Assembly: GCA_001643675.2 (NCBI GenBank)
Contig: LSRY02000001.1
Location: 1,240,001-1,304,000, forward strand
DNA length: 64,000 nucleotides
Direction: 5' to 3'
From: Monocercomonoides exilis PA203
Taxonomy: Eukaryota > Protista > Preaxostyla
The notes beneath the pieces were generated by a model. That model made no database searches and was not told where the DNA came from. It saw only the letters and a program-made list of their open reading frames with translations. Each line of letters opens with the position of its first letter. Position 1 is the first letter of the stretch. The translations under genes were made by a program, and so were the position numbers. Shown here one piece after another: positions 11,301-21,965 of the stretch.

Positions 11301-14300
11301 CATCAACAGAACGATATTTATTTCGTCATCTCGTGGAGTGGATTTTACACGCTGTGGAACTTTCAATCTACCTTGCCGTTCTTTATCATACGGATGGACT
11401 CATCTGAAGATCCCGAGTCAGATAGTTATCATTGATCTAGTGTATCTTACACAACCTGTTACTATGAATGGAACCCATATTTATTCACCATATTTTGCAA
11501 AGATTCCAGGTAAAATTGAGGTGAGCGTTGAATACAGTGGTAGTTGGGAATATTTACTTATTCTAAATGACACTGTTAGTGTTACAGGCATAAATTTTGT
11601 GCTGTGGCCAATGACAGAAAAAACAAAGAACGCAATAACTGTCGCCAGAGGTGCTTCGTTGTGGGATGATGTGATTATTTCTTTCTCTTCAACGACGGAA
11701 GAGCAGTCCATTGACTATGTAATCTTTGACATTGTTGGAGGAAATATCACTTTCTTTAACTTAAGCATCAAAGGAGAAAATACGATGATTTCCGGAGGTA
11801 TGTTCGCCTTTGGAATTGATGCAAATCGGCTTCAACTGAAAAATGTAACAATAGAAAATGTTCGAATCAAGCATGATTTCATTTCTGTTTCTCCTGATAA
11901 ATTTTGCGAAAAGGAAAAGATGAAAGAGAGAGTCAGAAAGAACATCTTGATATGGAATTTCTCGTACAACAAAACGAATGTTCTGGAAGTTTCAGAAAGA
12001 TCTTCTGGAAATGCAGAAGAGGAAATTTTTGATGGGCGTCTACTTCGAAGCAGAGAAAGTGCAAAAGTTCAATTGGAAATAAATAGCTCGCTGTTCACAA
12101 GGTTTATATGCAATGAAAATTTTGAACCTTATGGCGGATGTATTCACTGGAGCGAGAAAAATCTAGACGGAAAAGATTCTTCAACAACTAATGAAGACGA
12201 TGAAGCTGAAGAGGGTTCTGAGCTTTTTATTACAAACTGCACGTTCAGCTATAACGGCTTTAGCAATCATCTTTGTGCCGATGAGACAAAAGGAGGTGCA
12301 ATCTACTTCGCATTCCATTCACCAATTTTTCCTTTTGTGCTTCAGGATGTTTCTGTATTCAAGAACAAGGCGAATATCGGGCGCGATATCTTCATCAAAT
12401 GCCCAAACATTTCAAACAAAAAAGAATCAGAGAAATTTGGGATCAATTTCCGTCATCCACTTTGGAAAGTGCAGAACTCGATTGAGGCTGAAAGTGAAGA
12501 AGAAGGCAAAGTTGTTGACTATCTAGCATTTATTGCATATCGAAATACAACCATTTATGTTAGCGGATATGATAGCTCAGCGAAGAACTGCAGAACTGAG
12601 AAAACTTCAACCTTTTCTTCACATTCATCTGGCAATAATTCACTGTGTTTAAACGATGGTTATGTAAAACAGGAAAGTGGTTGGGACATCTTTTTCTGTG
12701 GAAGCAAAGACGATCCTTGCAGCACGGTGAATTATGCGATGACACATTTGACATCTCCAACACCTTCAATTTCACAGAAAGTTTTAATCCCCTCTCAGCG
12801 TATTCCAGATTTCATTCGAAAGAAGCAAATCTTTGGAGATGAAGACAAAGATGAGCATCTCACACTTCGTATTGTTGGAGAGCCTTCAATATTCGATTCT
12901 GTTACGTGGAAGTCACTTTCTGTGGAAGGAGAAGCAGATGGAGCTGGGCTGTTATTTGAAAAAATCGGACAGAAAGCAAATAGCCGGCAAGGAATTAAAC
13001 AAAAAGCAAATCTTTTCGAAGACAACGAACCAATGGATGATCATGTGATTATCAAAGGAAATTGCAAAATGAATAACACGAACGTCAAGATCAGTGCAGA
13101 TTTGCCAATGAACTGTCTCTTTTTTATTGATGATGCAGGAACACTTGAAGTTGAACGCTGTGCCATTTCTTCTTTAAATGAATTAATGATCATTCCTACT
13201 ATATTCAAAATTGAAGCAGGAACGCTCTTATGTACTTTGATGAAACTTAATAAAGTTCTATTTAGAAGCGAATCTTTTTTCATTGACTGTTCCGAGCTGG
13301 TCGACGAAAGCAAAGTGAATGTGCAGTTGAATAAATGCAGCTTAAACAACATAACTGTAAATGATCAAAAATCGCTGATTTTATTTTCAGCGACGGAAAA
13401 GAGTTCTTATGAAAGCAGTGCAGATAAATACTACTCAAAACCCACTTCACTTTTAACATCAGATCCCTTCTCCTCAAATCTATCTTCACTTGATCGGGCA
13501 ATTTCTTATTCACTTTTTTATTCTCATTTTTCTCAGAGTATTTCCATTCAGTTGATTGACACAAACATTTCCCTCGGTTCAAAGGAGCCTGAAAGTGGAT
13601 TCTTTTTGTCAATGAACGGTTTTGGCAATGTTCTCATTCAAAACTGCTGCTTTTTATTTGAAAAAGCTCTTTCTTTAGTAGACAATGTGCAGAAAAATGA
13701 AGCAAATACTATCTGCACTTGGACAAGTTCCTTTGTGAGTTTTATTGGTTGTTCTGTTTTTGTGCGAAATACTACATTCAGAACTAAGCAAGTTGGCGCG
13801 ATTAACTCTGAAAACAGCTATCTGTCTATCGATCCTGAATCGTTGAAAGGGAATTCAGTGGAATTGAATGAGTTTCCGAGTGTTGCACACAACATCATCT
13901 GCAAAAACGATGATTCTAAGGAGGAACGAAAAGGGATTATTGAGCTTGTCAGCAGTGCTAGAAGCTCATTCAATTCTAAACATGCTGCAAAAAACGGGAA
14001 AAGCCGAATCTTTGATGAAAGCAATGAAGAATTACCAGAGAATTTCTGGATTGAAAGCAACAACTGCTCACTTGTTGGGTTTCCAGATGAATTGATGGCG
14101 AGTCTGTTTACGCCTCTGCCTTCGAATGTGTCAAAGGCGAAGAGCGGAGAGGGGTATGAAGTGACTCTAACGGGGAAATACCTTCTGAATTGCAATCTTT
14201 TGATGGTGCTGCTCGCAAACCAGACTAATGCAGGAAAATTCACAGACGAATTGGAAGAAATTGCAGCAACCGATAAATTAAGTTGTGGCAATGAGAATGC

Positions 14301-14736
14301 AGTTTCTGCGATATTTCCTCTGGACGCCGTGGAGCGTGGTGATGGATCGGATGTGTATGTTGTGCTGAAGTTTTCAACTGAGAGAGCATTCAACAAAGAT
14401 TTGACAACATTTCCATTGCGTGTGAGCGAAGGAAATTATTCTAGCGCGATTGATGATACAATGATGATTATAATAATTGCTGTTTCTGCTGTAGTTGTTG
14501 GTGTTGGGTTTGCAGTGGCATTGTATTTTATGCGAAAACGATGGAGGAAGAAGATGCTGCTTACTGAATACGAAGAAAAAAAGAGTCTATTAACTTCGAT
14601 AAATGCAGACTTTCAGGGGTGGATGAGGAGAAAGGAGGAAAATACTGCTATCTCAAGCAATATTTCTGATTACGGAACAACCACAAAACAGATTGATATT
14701 CCTTCAGATTCACAAGATCCTTTTCTAGAGGAGTGA
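8386..14736 (+). CDS. Large type-I membrane surface protein, 2116 aa, pectin-lyase-like/Pmp-like beta-helix repeats
   Basis: Intronless ORF; hydrophobic N-terminus; GGAI and FxxN motifs; three CGx4-5PC motifs; TM MIIIIAVSAVVVGVGFAVALYF followed by RKRWRKK and a short tail. Confidence 0.9.
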   Translation: MLTFNLLKKYIVILNIIGCFIYSESDYESIVLNKDSNCAFEDLKQKSSLYFDKAGKNRMSNTQLMRDNTKILGTCFRGLKKHAINEMSYLLTKMRISNSTIFIEGECVISSYGDSTIFQDGFSNVSVVSCIVFSRGQKLGCSFAKTGSVLQLKNISVLSRIDWMEMNSFVSLESDFTASNQPFPVIVLSSSFSSVLMSSTFFASSIIGSTLELHNSSFFNISAKPNAIIQEQGSYSFTSKITNCAFNHVYGVYDGVLIPSISFGVRSLANFNSTHISCTRWANKHYANETLKRVILDPSVDKEFTFDSCTWKGIKGDEFGQCIFARTQDHTVLTVDVINCKFQNCTSYDGSGGAIFVTGNVAVTLENTSFYNVNAENENKNKETTAGAVHMISIRSPAIRQCLFSGCDSRDACVVYERKMSQIHQKMVDLNGNYTIRQQSYYSQVRERNNFPIEGNDKKMQTKWNSDKDESFEEVEPVCLQCTFLRCNSQGSGGGLYLKDVEDQALVSECDFSSCKANYGGAINVAVTDTVFSKASKRSFNQNLFCIYMSYFAVNVAYKYGHDVFIVSEADYNDGLKFFSLCKTTKQNEGAVIQTKRSKPEEFLNLTNSFEVAQRVIELYPSAQNSAVCGSSQQQPCQSIFKALAQVASYENVKFSIVSNTEMIVDEMISVYQLELEINGNEGGAIFISPQNFVGYEDCIFDIAHSLFSIRNLTILYPKMKSYPFEQIFYGRDDGSPFSIFVDNIVFKCYNDVHKQNGTFNQFPNPKKQLSTKSYESFCFFSGNHGGFISIIGSAFCDIPSETISSIFEESYNPRITLIDCTFQNITSDEKEPALFNARFYSQRYLIMRNITANLIMSNISSGGFMNVSFAESSELVIENSSFISCSASSYAGALSVATLKGGTIILDQLSFLNNSAKKYRDMRFFAWSLLEVNIQTIFNFVDKTIDGTQIGCFDNFNFLEGISVTDLLSVFINRTIFISSSRGVDFTRCGTFNLPCRSLSYGWTHLKIPSQIVIIDLVYLTQPVTMNGTHIYSPYFAKIPGKIEVSVEYSGSWEYLLILNDTVSVTGINFVLWPMTEKTKNAITVARGASLWDDVIISFSSTTEEQSIDYVIFDIVGGNITFFNLSIKGENTMISGGMFAFGIDANRLQLKNVTIENVRIKHDFISVSPDKFCEKEKMKERVRKNILIWNFSYNKTNVLEVSERSSGNAEEEIFDGRLLRSRESAKVQLEINSSLFTRFICNENFEPYGGCIHWSEKNLDGKDSSTTNEDDEAEEGSELFITNCTFSYNGFSNHLCADETKGGAIYFAFHSPIFPFVLQDVSVFKNKANIGRDIFIKCPNISNKKESEKFGINFRHPLWKVQNSIEAESEEEGKVVDYLAFIAYRNTTIYVSGYDSSAKNCRTEKTSTFSSHSSGNNSLCLNDGYVKQESGWDIFFCGSKDDPCSTVNYAMTHLTSPTPSISQKVLIPSQRIPDFIRKKQIFGDEDKDEHLTLRIVGEPSIFDSVTWKSLSVEGEADGAGLLFEKIGQKANSRQGIKQKANLFEDNEPMDDHVIIKGNCKMNNTNVKISADLPMNCLFFIDDAGTLEVERCAISSLNELMIIPTIFKIEAGTLLCTLMKLNKVLFRSESFFIDCSELVDESKVNVQLNKCSLNNITVNDQKSLILFSATEKSSYESSADKYYSKPTSLLTSDPFSSNLSSLDRAISYSLFYSHFSQSISIQLIDTNISLGSKEPESGFFLSMNGFGNVLIQNCCFLFEKALSLVDNVQKNEANTICTWTSSFVSFIGCSVFVRNTTFRTKQVGAINSENSYLSIDPESLKGNSVELNEFPSVAHNIICKNDDSKEERKGIIELVSSARSSFNSKHAAKNGKSRIFDESNEELPENFWIESNNCSLVGFPDELMASLFTPLPSNVSKAKSGEGYEVTLTGKYLLNCNLLMVLLANQTNAGKFTDELEEIAATDKLSCGNENAVSAIFPLDAVERGDGSDVYVVLKFSTERAFNKDLTTFPLRVSEGNYSSAIDDTMMIIIIAVSAVVVGVGFAVALYFMRKRWRKKMLLTEYEEKKSLLTSINADFQGWMRRKEENTAISSNISDYGTTTKQIDIPSDSQDPFLEE

Positions 14737-15507
14737 ATTTAATTCTTCAATAGATCTGAAAAATATTCATTTTTTTAATTATTTGTATGTTTTTGCCTGT
14801 TTTTAAAACTAAAATATTTATTATTATTCATTTTATTTATGATATAAATTAGCTTATTATTATTGATTTATTTTTTATATTTTTATAAATCTGTAATTAT
14901 TGGAGTGATAAAAATAATATTTTCGTTTTTAGGTAGTCTTTTTATTTTTAATTTTTTGAATTTGTAGCGATATATGAGAAATGCTAGTTTGTTTTCTATT
15001 TTTAATTTTAAAACTCGAGTTTGCTTCTGACATTTATGGAGATATTCTTTAATTAATTTATATGATACAAAATGAAAACTCGAGTCCATTCGGATGTCTA
15101 TGTTTCTTTTTTTATTTATTTATTTAACATGTTTTTTGTTTTCATGATTTGAACAAATGCAATTGCAAATATCTGATAACAATGCCACAATTGTCATTTT
15201 TCTTTTCTATTGTGCTGTTCAAACACTTTCAGTACTTGATAAAGTAAAATTTCTATTTTTTAAATATTTTTATCCCATATTATTGTTGTTAACGAATAAT
15301 CTCAAAGATAAGATTTCTAAATGAGAAAGATTTCGAGACAAGTTTCTACATTTTCCCTTGCTATTTTGAAATAAAGCCAATAAATGCTTGCTTTTTGATT
15401 GCTATTTTCAAACTCTTCGCTTTTTGTTTATCAGAAAATTCGTGTTGAATCTGATGAAACTCAGAGTTTCAGTTTTAAAGAAAAATTTACACGTGTGTCT
15501 ATTTAGC

Positions 15508-16854
15508 ATGCTTGCAAAGAAATGGTTGCATTTATCACACCTTTTTCGTTCTGTTTTTTATGTATTAGAAATGCTTCATGAATTTCATGATTTCAAAGCA
15601 GATATTCAAAAGCGGAAGCTCCTTGAATTGCATGAATTTGTGGATACGATGGAAAAAGAAGAGTTAGGTCACACATTTACTGAAGAAGTCGTCGACATGA
15701 TGTGGAAAATGATTAATAAAAATAAAAAAAATTTAGAAATTTTTTTAGAGTTACTTAAGAAGATTGGAAGCCGCGAAATACTGGAAGGGAAGCGTTCAAT
15801 ATGGTTTATTGTCTCATCTTTGAGCGAAAAAATTGAAAATATGATTAACGATGAAAATGAGAAAAAAGAAAAAAAGAACTTAAAGCTTTTGACTGACCTT
15901 TGTGAGTTCTATCTGATGAATGTTGCATGTGACATTTCCAAAGAAGTGTTAATGATATGTGTTCCTCTCCTTTTGAAAGATGCGTTGAACAAGGAGGAAA
16001 GCGAAAAAGCTCAAAAAGATGTTGAAATGGCATTGATAGCTCTAACAAATATTGCCAAAATCAATGTATGATGTCATTTCTTTGTTAATTATAATTTACT
16101 GAACATTTCATTTTTCTAACAGGAAGAGAAGGATTGTCTTTTTCTTAACGAGATCACAGAAATCATAAAGCATCATCTTGTGCATCGCAATCTAACTCAC
16201 TTTTCATACCAATTGGCATGGGATTTATTTGTTAGGAATGCAGATTTGGATTGGGAGACAGAAAGCGGAAAATTCTTTGGTGCGTTTTTTGCGAGAGAAG
16301 TTGTGGGGGAACTGGAAGAACTGAAAAGTTGTGTTTGCTGGGAGAAGAAGAAGAAGAGAAAGAGAAAGGGTGAGAAAGCAAAAGGAAGAAAAGGAAGAAA
16401 AGAAAAGCTCATATTCAAGAGATGGCACAGCACGATTCGCATGTGCTATAATTGCAGCGGTTTATGTGGAGAAGGATGGGATGAATTGGTCAGATGCCTT
16501 GTGGGACTGAGCATGACTGCAGAGGGAAGCAGCAGAGGAACATGTAGAAGATGCTTCGATCTTTTTGAAGGCATCCTATTTTGCTCGACTGATGATGTTG
16601 GCATTTTGATAAGTGGCGGTGCTGTTGATTACGTGATGGAGAAACTTTGTCAGCGAATTTTGGATAAAGAGATAACAAATTGTTGTTTGAAATTCAATAT
16701 TTCGCTTTTAAACCGAATGAGAGAAAAAATCGAAGATGAAAACGAGAAGGAAAGACAGAAGATGCAAAATAGAAGGATTATCGACTTGTTTGAGGAAGGA
16801 GGATATGAAGATCTTTCCGATTCATTTCAGTGGCGCATCCAATATCTTCTATAA
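15508..16854 (+). CDS. FSELEDC-family helical hypothetical protein, apparently intact (start uncertain)
   Basis: Intron 16066-16122 (GTATGA...CTAACAG) joins ORFs 15388 and 16180 in frame; motifs LLTDLCEFY, KDVEMALIAL, YQLAW, EEGGYED. Confidence 0.7.
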
Positions 16855-18070
16855 TGAAACGAGCATGGGATGATTGAAAATGTTTTGTGTTTGACACTGT
16901 TTTAGATAATCCATCCAAGTTTTTTTTTTTTTTTTTCATTTTTGCATAGAAACAAATTGAAGACAAAAAAACAGCAATGATATGTTTCATAAAAGCTTTT
17001 ATTTCAAGAAGAAAAATGAACTTCGAAAGAAATATATTTTGCCATTATTTTTCATTCATTTGATTGTTTCTTCTTGATAACAGTTCTGAAAATGCTTCCA
17101 GATTGTTTTTCACATCTGTCAACTCGAATAAAGCATCGTCTTTCGCTGATTCTTTCTATTATCCATTGAGAGATATTTGAACAACTCGTTCAATTTTCTT
17201 TCTTTGAGAAAAGGATAAACAGATATTCAATTTATTAATTAAAAAATTCGAAAACATTTTCCTTTTCAAAACAAAATCAATGGATTATTCTACATGTTTA
17301 GGAAAATTCAATCGGGAAAAAAACCGAAAAAGAGGAAAATAAAAAAACGAAAAGATAATTGTGATTTGTTGGATTATATAAAAAGATTTTTCAGGAGGAA
17401 TCAAATATGATAAGTTTAAGCAGTAACCTTAATGTGAAAAAGAATCCTTTGATGATTATCGGGGGAAAAATACAGTAAATAAAGGAGTTGAAGGCTTTCC
17501 CACACATGATTTTTTGAAGATCATTCATTTCATCTCACATTTTTTTGTTCAGAAAAGATATAAACTGTAAATATTTCATGAATACAGGTGAAGCAAAGTC
17601 CTCGCTTATGAACAACCCAAACATGCATTGATTTCATTATTATAACCAAAAATGAAGGTGAAAGCGCTTTTTAAGAGGAAAACAATAACTTATTATCTCC
17701 ACAACCTTTTTTTTAATTGGCATTAATAAAAATTCAAAAAAAAAATGCACAAAATATTGTTTTCGCATGATTTTTTTAATGTCTAAATATTTGTTTAGTT
17801 CAATTTTCATATCATCAAAAAATTTTCTTCTAAACTTAGATGATCAATGGTTTCCATTACAATAAAATTGAAAATAATACGCATCTGTTTTCTTTTTTGT
17901 CACTTGTCAAAGATTTTTCAGAAAAGGGGACGGGATGAATGCACGTCTTTTTATTCCTGTTTTTAAAGATTTTATTTTTCAACTATTTCTTCCACCCAAA
18001 CATGTGCTCGTTCAACGTGAATGGCTGAAGTATTATTGCTTTCTTGAACAAATTTTTTTAAAAAAAGAAA

Positions 18071-19448
18071 ATGATGCAGGATACAGACAACACAAAAATG
18101 TTCAATAGTTTGCAATTGTTATTGCAAGTGAATTTTTGCTTATTGCATTTTTTCCATTTTCATTGTTTTTGAAGAATTGTTTTCTGGATTGGAAGATTGC
18201 AATGAAGATGAACAGAGAAAGAAAATTGGAGAAATGAATGCATTAATGGAAGAGATGGACAAAGAAGAATTCTATTTTATTTTCACGAAAACGCTGTTCG
18301 ACAAAATTCTTAAAATGACAGATGAAAAGAAATTGAATTTTGGAAATACCATTCTGTTGTTGAAACACATTGGATATTGCACCAGGCTGAAGAGAATTTT
18401 TATTCAAAGCTTTGGGAGCTCTTCGTTAAACAAAAGAATTGAAGAGATAATTATTAATGAAAATGAGAAAAAGGAAGGAAAGGATGAAAATTTTCTTGCT
18501 AATATTTGTGAATGCTATCATTTGTTTAACTACCGGGTTTATTGGAAATTACTTGGTATTTGTATTCCCTGTATTCTGAAAGCAATATTGAACAAAGAGG
18601 AAAATGAAGAAGCTCAAAAGGAAAAGGAAATTTCTTTGTTGGCTTTGGGCAACATATACAAAAAAAATGAAGTATGCGCATTTTCACTTTCTTTTTGATG
18701 GCTTTGCTTTTTATCATTTTTTCTTATTAGTTTGTGGATGACGAATTGTATCTGAAGGAAATGAAAGAAATCATCCAACATCATCAGGAATATCACGATC
18801 TTACTCGGCTTGCCTATCAATCTGCTTGGCATTTTTTGATAGAAAGATTATACAACAGTGAAACGTTGCAAATAATTATGGTGAATGAGCTGCATTTTGC
18901 GAGAGAGGCTGCAAAAGAACTGGAAGAACTGTTGAAATGTGTGGATTGGAAGAAAAAAGAAGGAGGAGGAGGAAAAGTTAGGAAAGAAGTGGATGTAATA
19001 GAGAGATGGCTTGAAGCGATTGGATCTTTTTTTTTCTAATGTACATTGCCAAATGTGAAATTTGTTGAACTTATCAGCAGCGTTGGTAGTGTATTCCGAG
19101 TTGCAAAGGATAATTATGGAGGAATTTGTTATCTATGCATTTGTTCATTGAGAACAGCAGCGAGAAATAGAGCCGTGAAGGTTGAACACTTGTTGGAAAG
19201 CGAAGCTGTTGATGTTGCTTTAGAAGAGATTGCACAATCACATGTGTTCGATAAACAAACTTCGGAATGCTTGAATTTTTTCAGAATCCTTTGCGGAAGA
19301 TTGAAAGGAAGGTTTGTAAAGAAGGAAGTGAAGGATAGACAAAAAGAGTTGAAAAGAAAAGTGCATGAAAAGATGGAAGAAGAAGGATACGAAGATTGCA
19401 TCATCGGGCTTCACTGTTGCAAGATTAGAGTACAATACTTTTTCTATA
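18071..19448 (+). pseudogene. FSELEDC-family paralog with in-frame TAA and 3' end cut by foldback element B
   Basis: Exons 18071-18107, 18175-18671, 18731-19448 with GT-AG introns in consistent phase; single TAA at 19037-19039; no native stop before the TIR. Confidence 0.8.
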
Positions 19449-21334
19449 CCCTTGGTGGAAAACCCGGTAGGTAGTGGAAAACCCGGTAGTTATAAGTAAT
19501 AATTGTCAGTTTTTTTCAACGTTAAAGACCTCTCAATTCATTTTAAATGCTTTTATTTTCGTTTTGTCAGATTTTTGTGAATACTAAATTTTGTGTTTGT
19601 TAAAAAAATGGTGTGATTTTAAAGAAAATTATTTTTAATAATTGATCAAAACCATAAAGATGTAAAAATTTGTTGACAAACTCAACCACAGCTTGGAAGA
19701 ACGGTTTGTGAAAAAATATTTCAGCAGAAATTGAAAGCAATTAATATTACTTTTAGCATGCAACAATAATTTTAGAATATACATGCCTCATACCTTTTTT
19801 TCGAAGAGTGTTCATTTTTTGTGATAACCTATCTAAAAGAAAGTTTGCAGTCTGCTTATTTTTTGTATTATGCTTATTTTATAATTTTTTGTTTTGTATT
19901 ATTATTTAAATGCTTCAAAAACGAAGTTTGAACTGCAAAAATATGTGAGTCAAACAGTAAAGTTAATTTGCGTTAAATTTGTTCAACGATAAATGACACT
20001 TTGTTTGTTTGTTATTTAAACAAGCTAGTTGCTGTTGTTCAAATTTTTATTTGCGTTAATGCATATTCAGTGAAATTTTTGAAATATTTTGTTTATTGAA
20101 ATTTCTTCATTTCTTTTTATGCAAAATTATTTATCTCCTGTTTTTATTATTTTTCTTTAATCTATTCTCAATATATTGTGTATGTTGTTTTTATTTCATA
20201 AAATACTTTTTTGTTACAATCATATTTATTGATTTGTTAAATATTGTTTATTTGATAATAAATTATTTCTAAATAATATTGACACTTCGAAATAACTTGA
20301 ACAGTGTTGCTTTTGTTTTTTATATTAAACGCTTGAGATACTAATTGAAATAAAAGATAGTTTTATATTTTAATTACGTTTCAAGTGAAGAATGTTATTT
20401 TTTTGAACAAAAAATTCCAAATAATGAAAATAACAATAAATATAAAATAGCGAGTGATTTTTACCATTCGATATGCAACATATTATTCTACATTTATTAG
20501 AAAAATCACTCAATTAGGTTAATATACAAAATAATACATTTATAATAAATGAAAACAATTCTTAACAAATCAATAAATATGATTGTAACAAAAAAGTATT
20601 TTATGAAATAAAAACAACATACACAATATATTGAGAATAGATTAAAGAAAAATAATAAAAACAGGAGATAAATAATTTTGCATAAAAAGAAATGAAGAAA
20701 TTTCAATAAACAAAATATTTCAAAAATTTCACTGAATATGCATTAACGCAAATAAAAATTTGAACAACAGCAACTAGCTTGTTTAAATAACAAACAAACA
20801 AAGTGTCATTTATCGTTGAACAAATTTAACGCAAATTAACTTTACTGTTTGACTCACATATTTTTGCAGTTCAAACTTCGTTTTTGAAGCATTTAAATAA
20901 TAATACAAAACAAAAAATTATAAAATAAGCATAATACAAAAAATAAGCAGACTGCAAACTTTCTTTTAGATAGGTTATCACAAAAAATGAACACTCTTCG
21001 AAAAAAAGGTATGAGGCATGTATATTCTAAAATTATTGTTGCATGCTAAAAGTAATATTAATTGCTTTCAATTTCTGCTGAAATATTTTTTCACAAACCG
21101 TTCTTCCAAGCTGTGGTTGAGTTTGTCAACAAATTTTTACATCTTTATGGTTTTGATCAATTATTAAAAATAATTTTCTTTAAAATCACACCATTTTTTT
21201 AACAAACACAAAATTTAGTATTCACAAAAATCTGACAAAACGAAAATAAAAGCATTTAAAATGAATTGAGAGGTCTTTAACGTTGAAAAAAACTGACAAT
21301 TATTACTTATAACTACCGGGTTTTCCACCAAGGG
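19449..21334. mobile_element. Non-coding foldback element family B, 1886 bp, 773-bp near-perfect inverted arms
   Basis: Left arm 19449-20240 and right arm 20562-21334 are identical in spot checks except a 19-bp extra GTAGTGGAAAACCCGGTAG on the left; 321-bp spacer; termini CCCTTGGTGGAAAACCCGGTAG; TA at 19447-19448 and 21335-21336. Confidence 0.93.
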
Positions 21335-21336
21335 TA

Positions 21337-21965
21337 TATTCTGGGAAGGTTGCTCAATGTCAGAAAAGCCATTTCGGCTTCTGTTTTTGTTTCCTCTTCT
21401 TCTTCTTTGTTCAACGCAGATTTCAAAAGACAAGGCAAACAAATAACAAGCAAATTTCTAGGAATTATGCGCTCAAATATCAATACATAGCATTCACAAA
21501 GATCAATAAGAAGCTTTTCATTCTTTCCTTCTTTTTTCTTTTCTTCTTCAATCATCATCTTCTCTAATCTTTTGCTCAACAGAGAATCTTTAAAAGGATG
21601 ATACCACATGCCTTTCAATTTTATCCAATATCCAACATGCTTCAACAGCGCAAGTTCATCATCAAATGGGATTTTCTTTTCTTCAATCATTTTGTGGATT
21701 TTATTGAACAACTCTTTCGTGAAAACAGATCTGAAATCATTTTCATTCATTTCATCAATAACTCCATTTATTTTAATGATTATCTGTTTCTGTTCTTCCT
21801 CATCGTTATATTTCAGCTCAGAAAGCAATTCTTCATTCAAAAAAAGATACAATCATAATCATTAAAAATTGTTTTCAAGAACTCTTGAAAACCTCTGAAT
21901 TTCCAACTCTCTTTCCCGATCAGTGTTTTTACAAACGCAATGCAACTATAAAATATCCTCATCAT
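21337..21965 (-). pseudogene. FSELEDC-family paralog truncated at the end of exon 2 by foldback element B
   Basis: ELLSELKYNDEEEQKQ...LLIDLCECY...EMAFLTLSNLPRIY then TIR; exon 3 absent. Confidence 0.8.

Noticed and set aside
8386-14736. Bacterial autotransporter or contaminant contig
   Set aside because: A C-terminal single TM helix replaces the beta-barrel, and the gene is surrounded by spliceosomal-intron genes.
19037-19039. Stop-codon reassignment (TAA/TAG=Gln as in some oxymonads, or TGA=Trp at 23763)
   Set aside because: Thousands of codons in the long ORFs contain no internal stops, and genes end in TAA, TAG and TGA; isolated stops are better read as mutations.
19449-21334. Palindrome as a chimeric-read assembly artefact
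   Set aside because: Disfavoured rather than excluded: it has a unique spacer, TA-bounded TIRs matching another element, and the family-typical left-end duplication.
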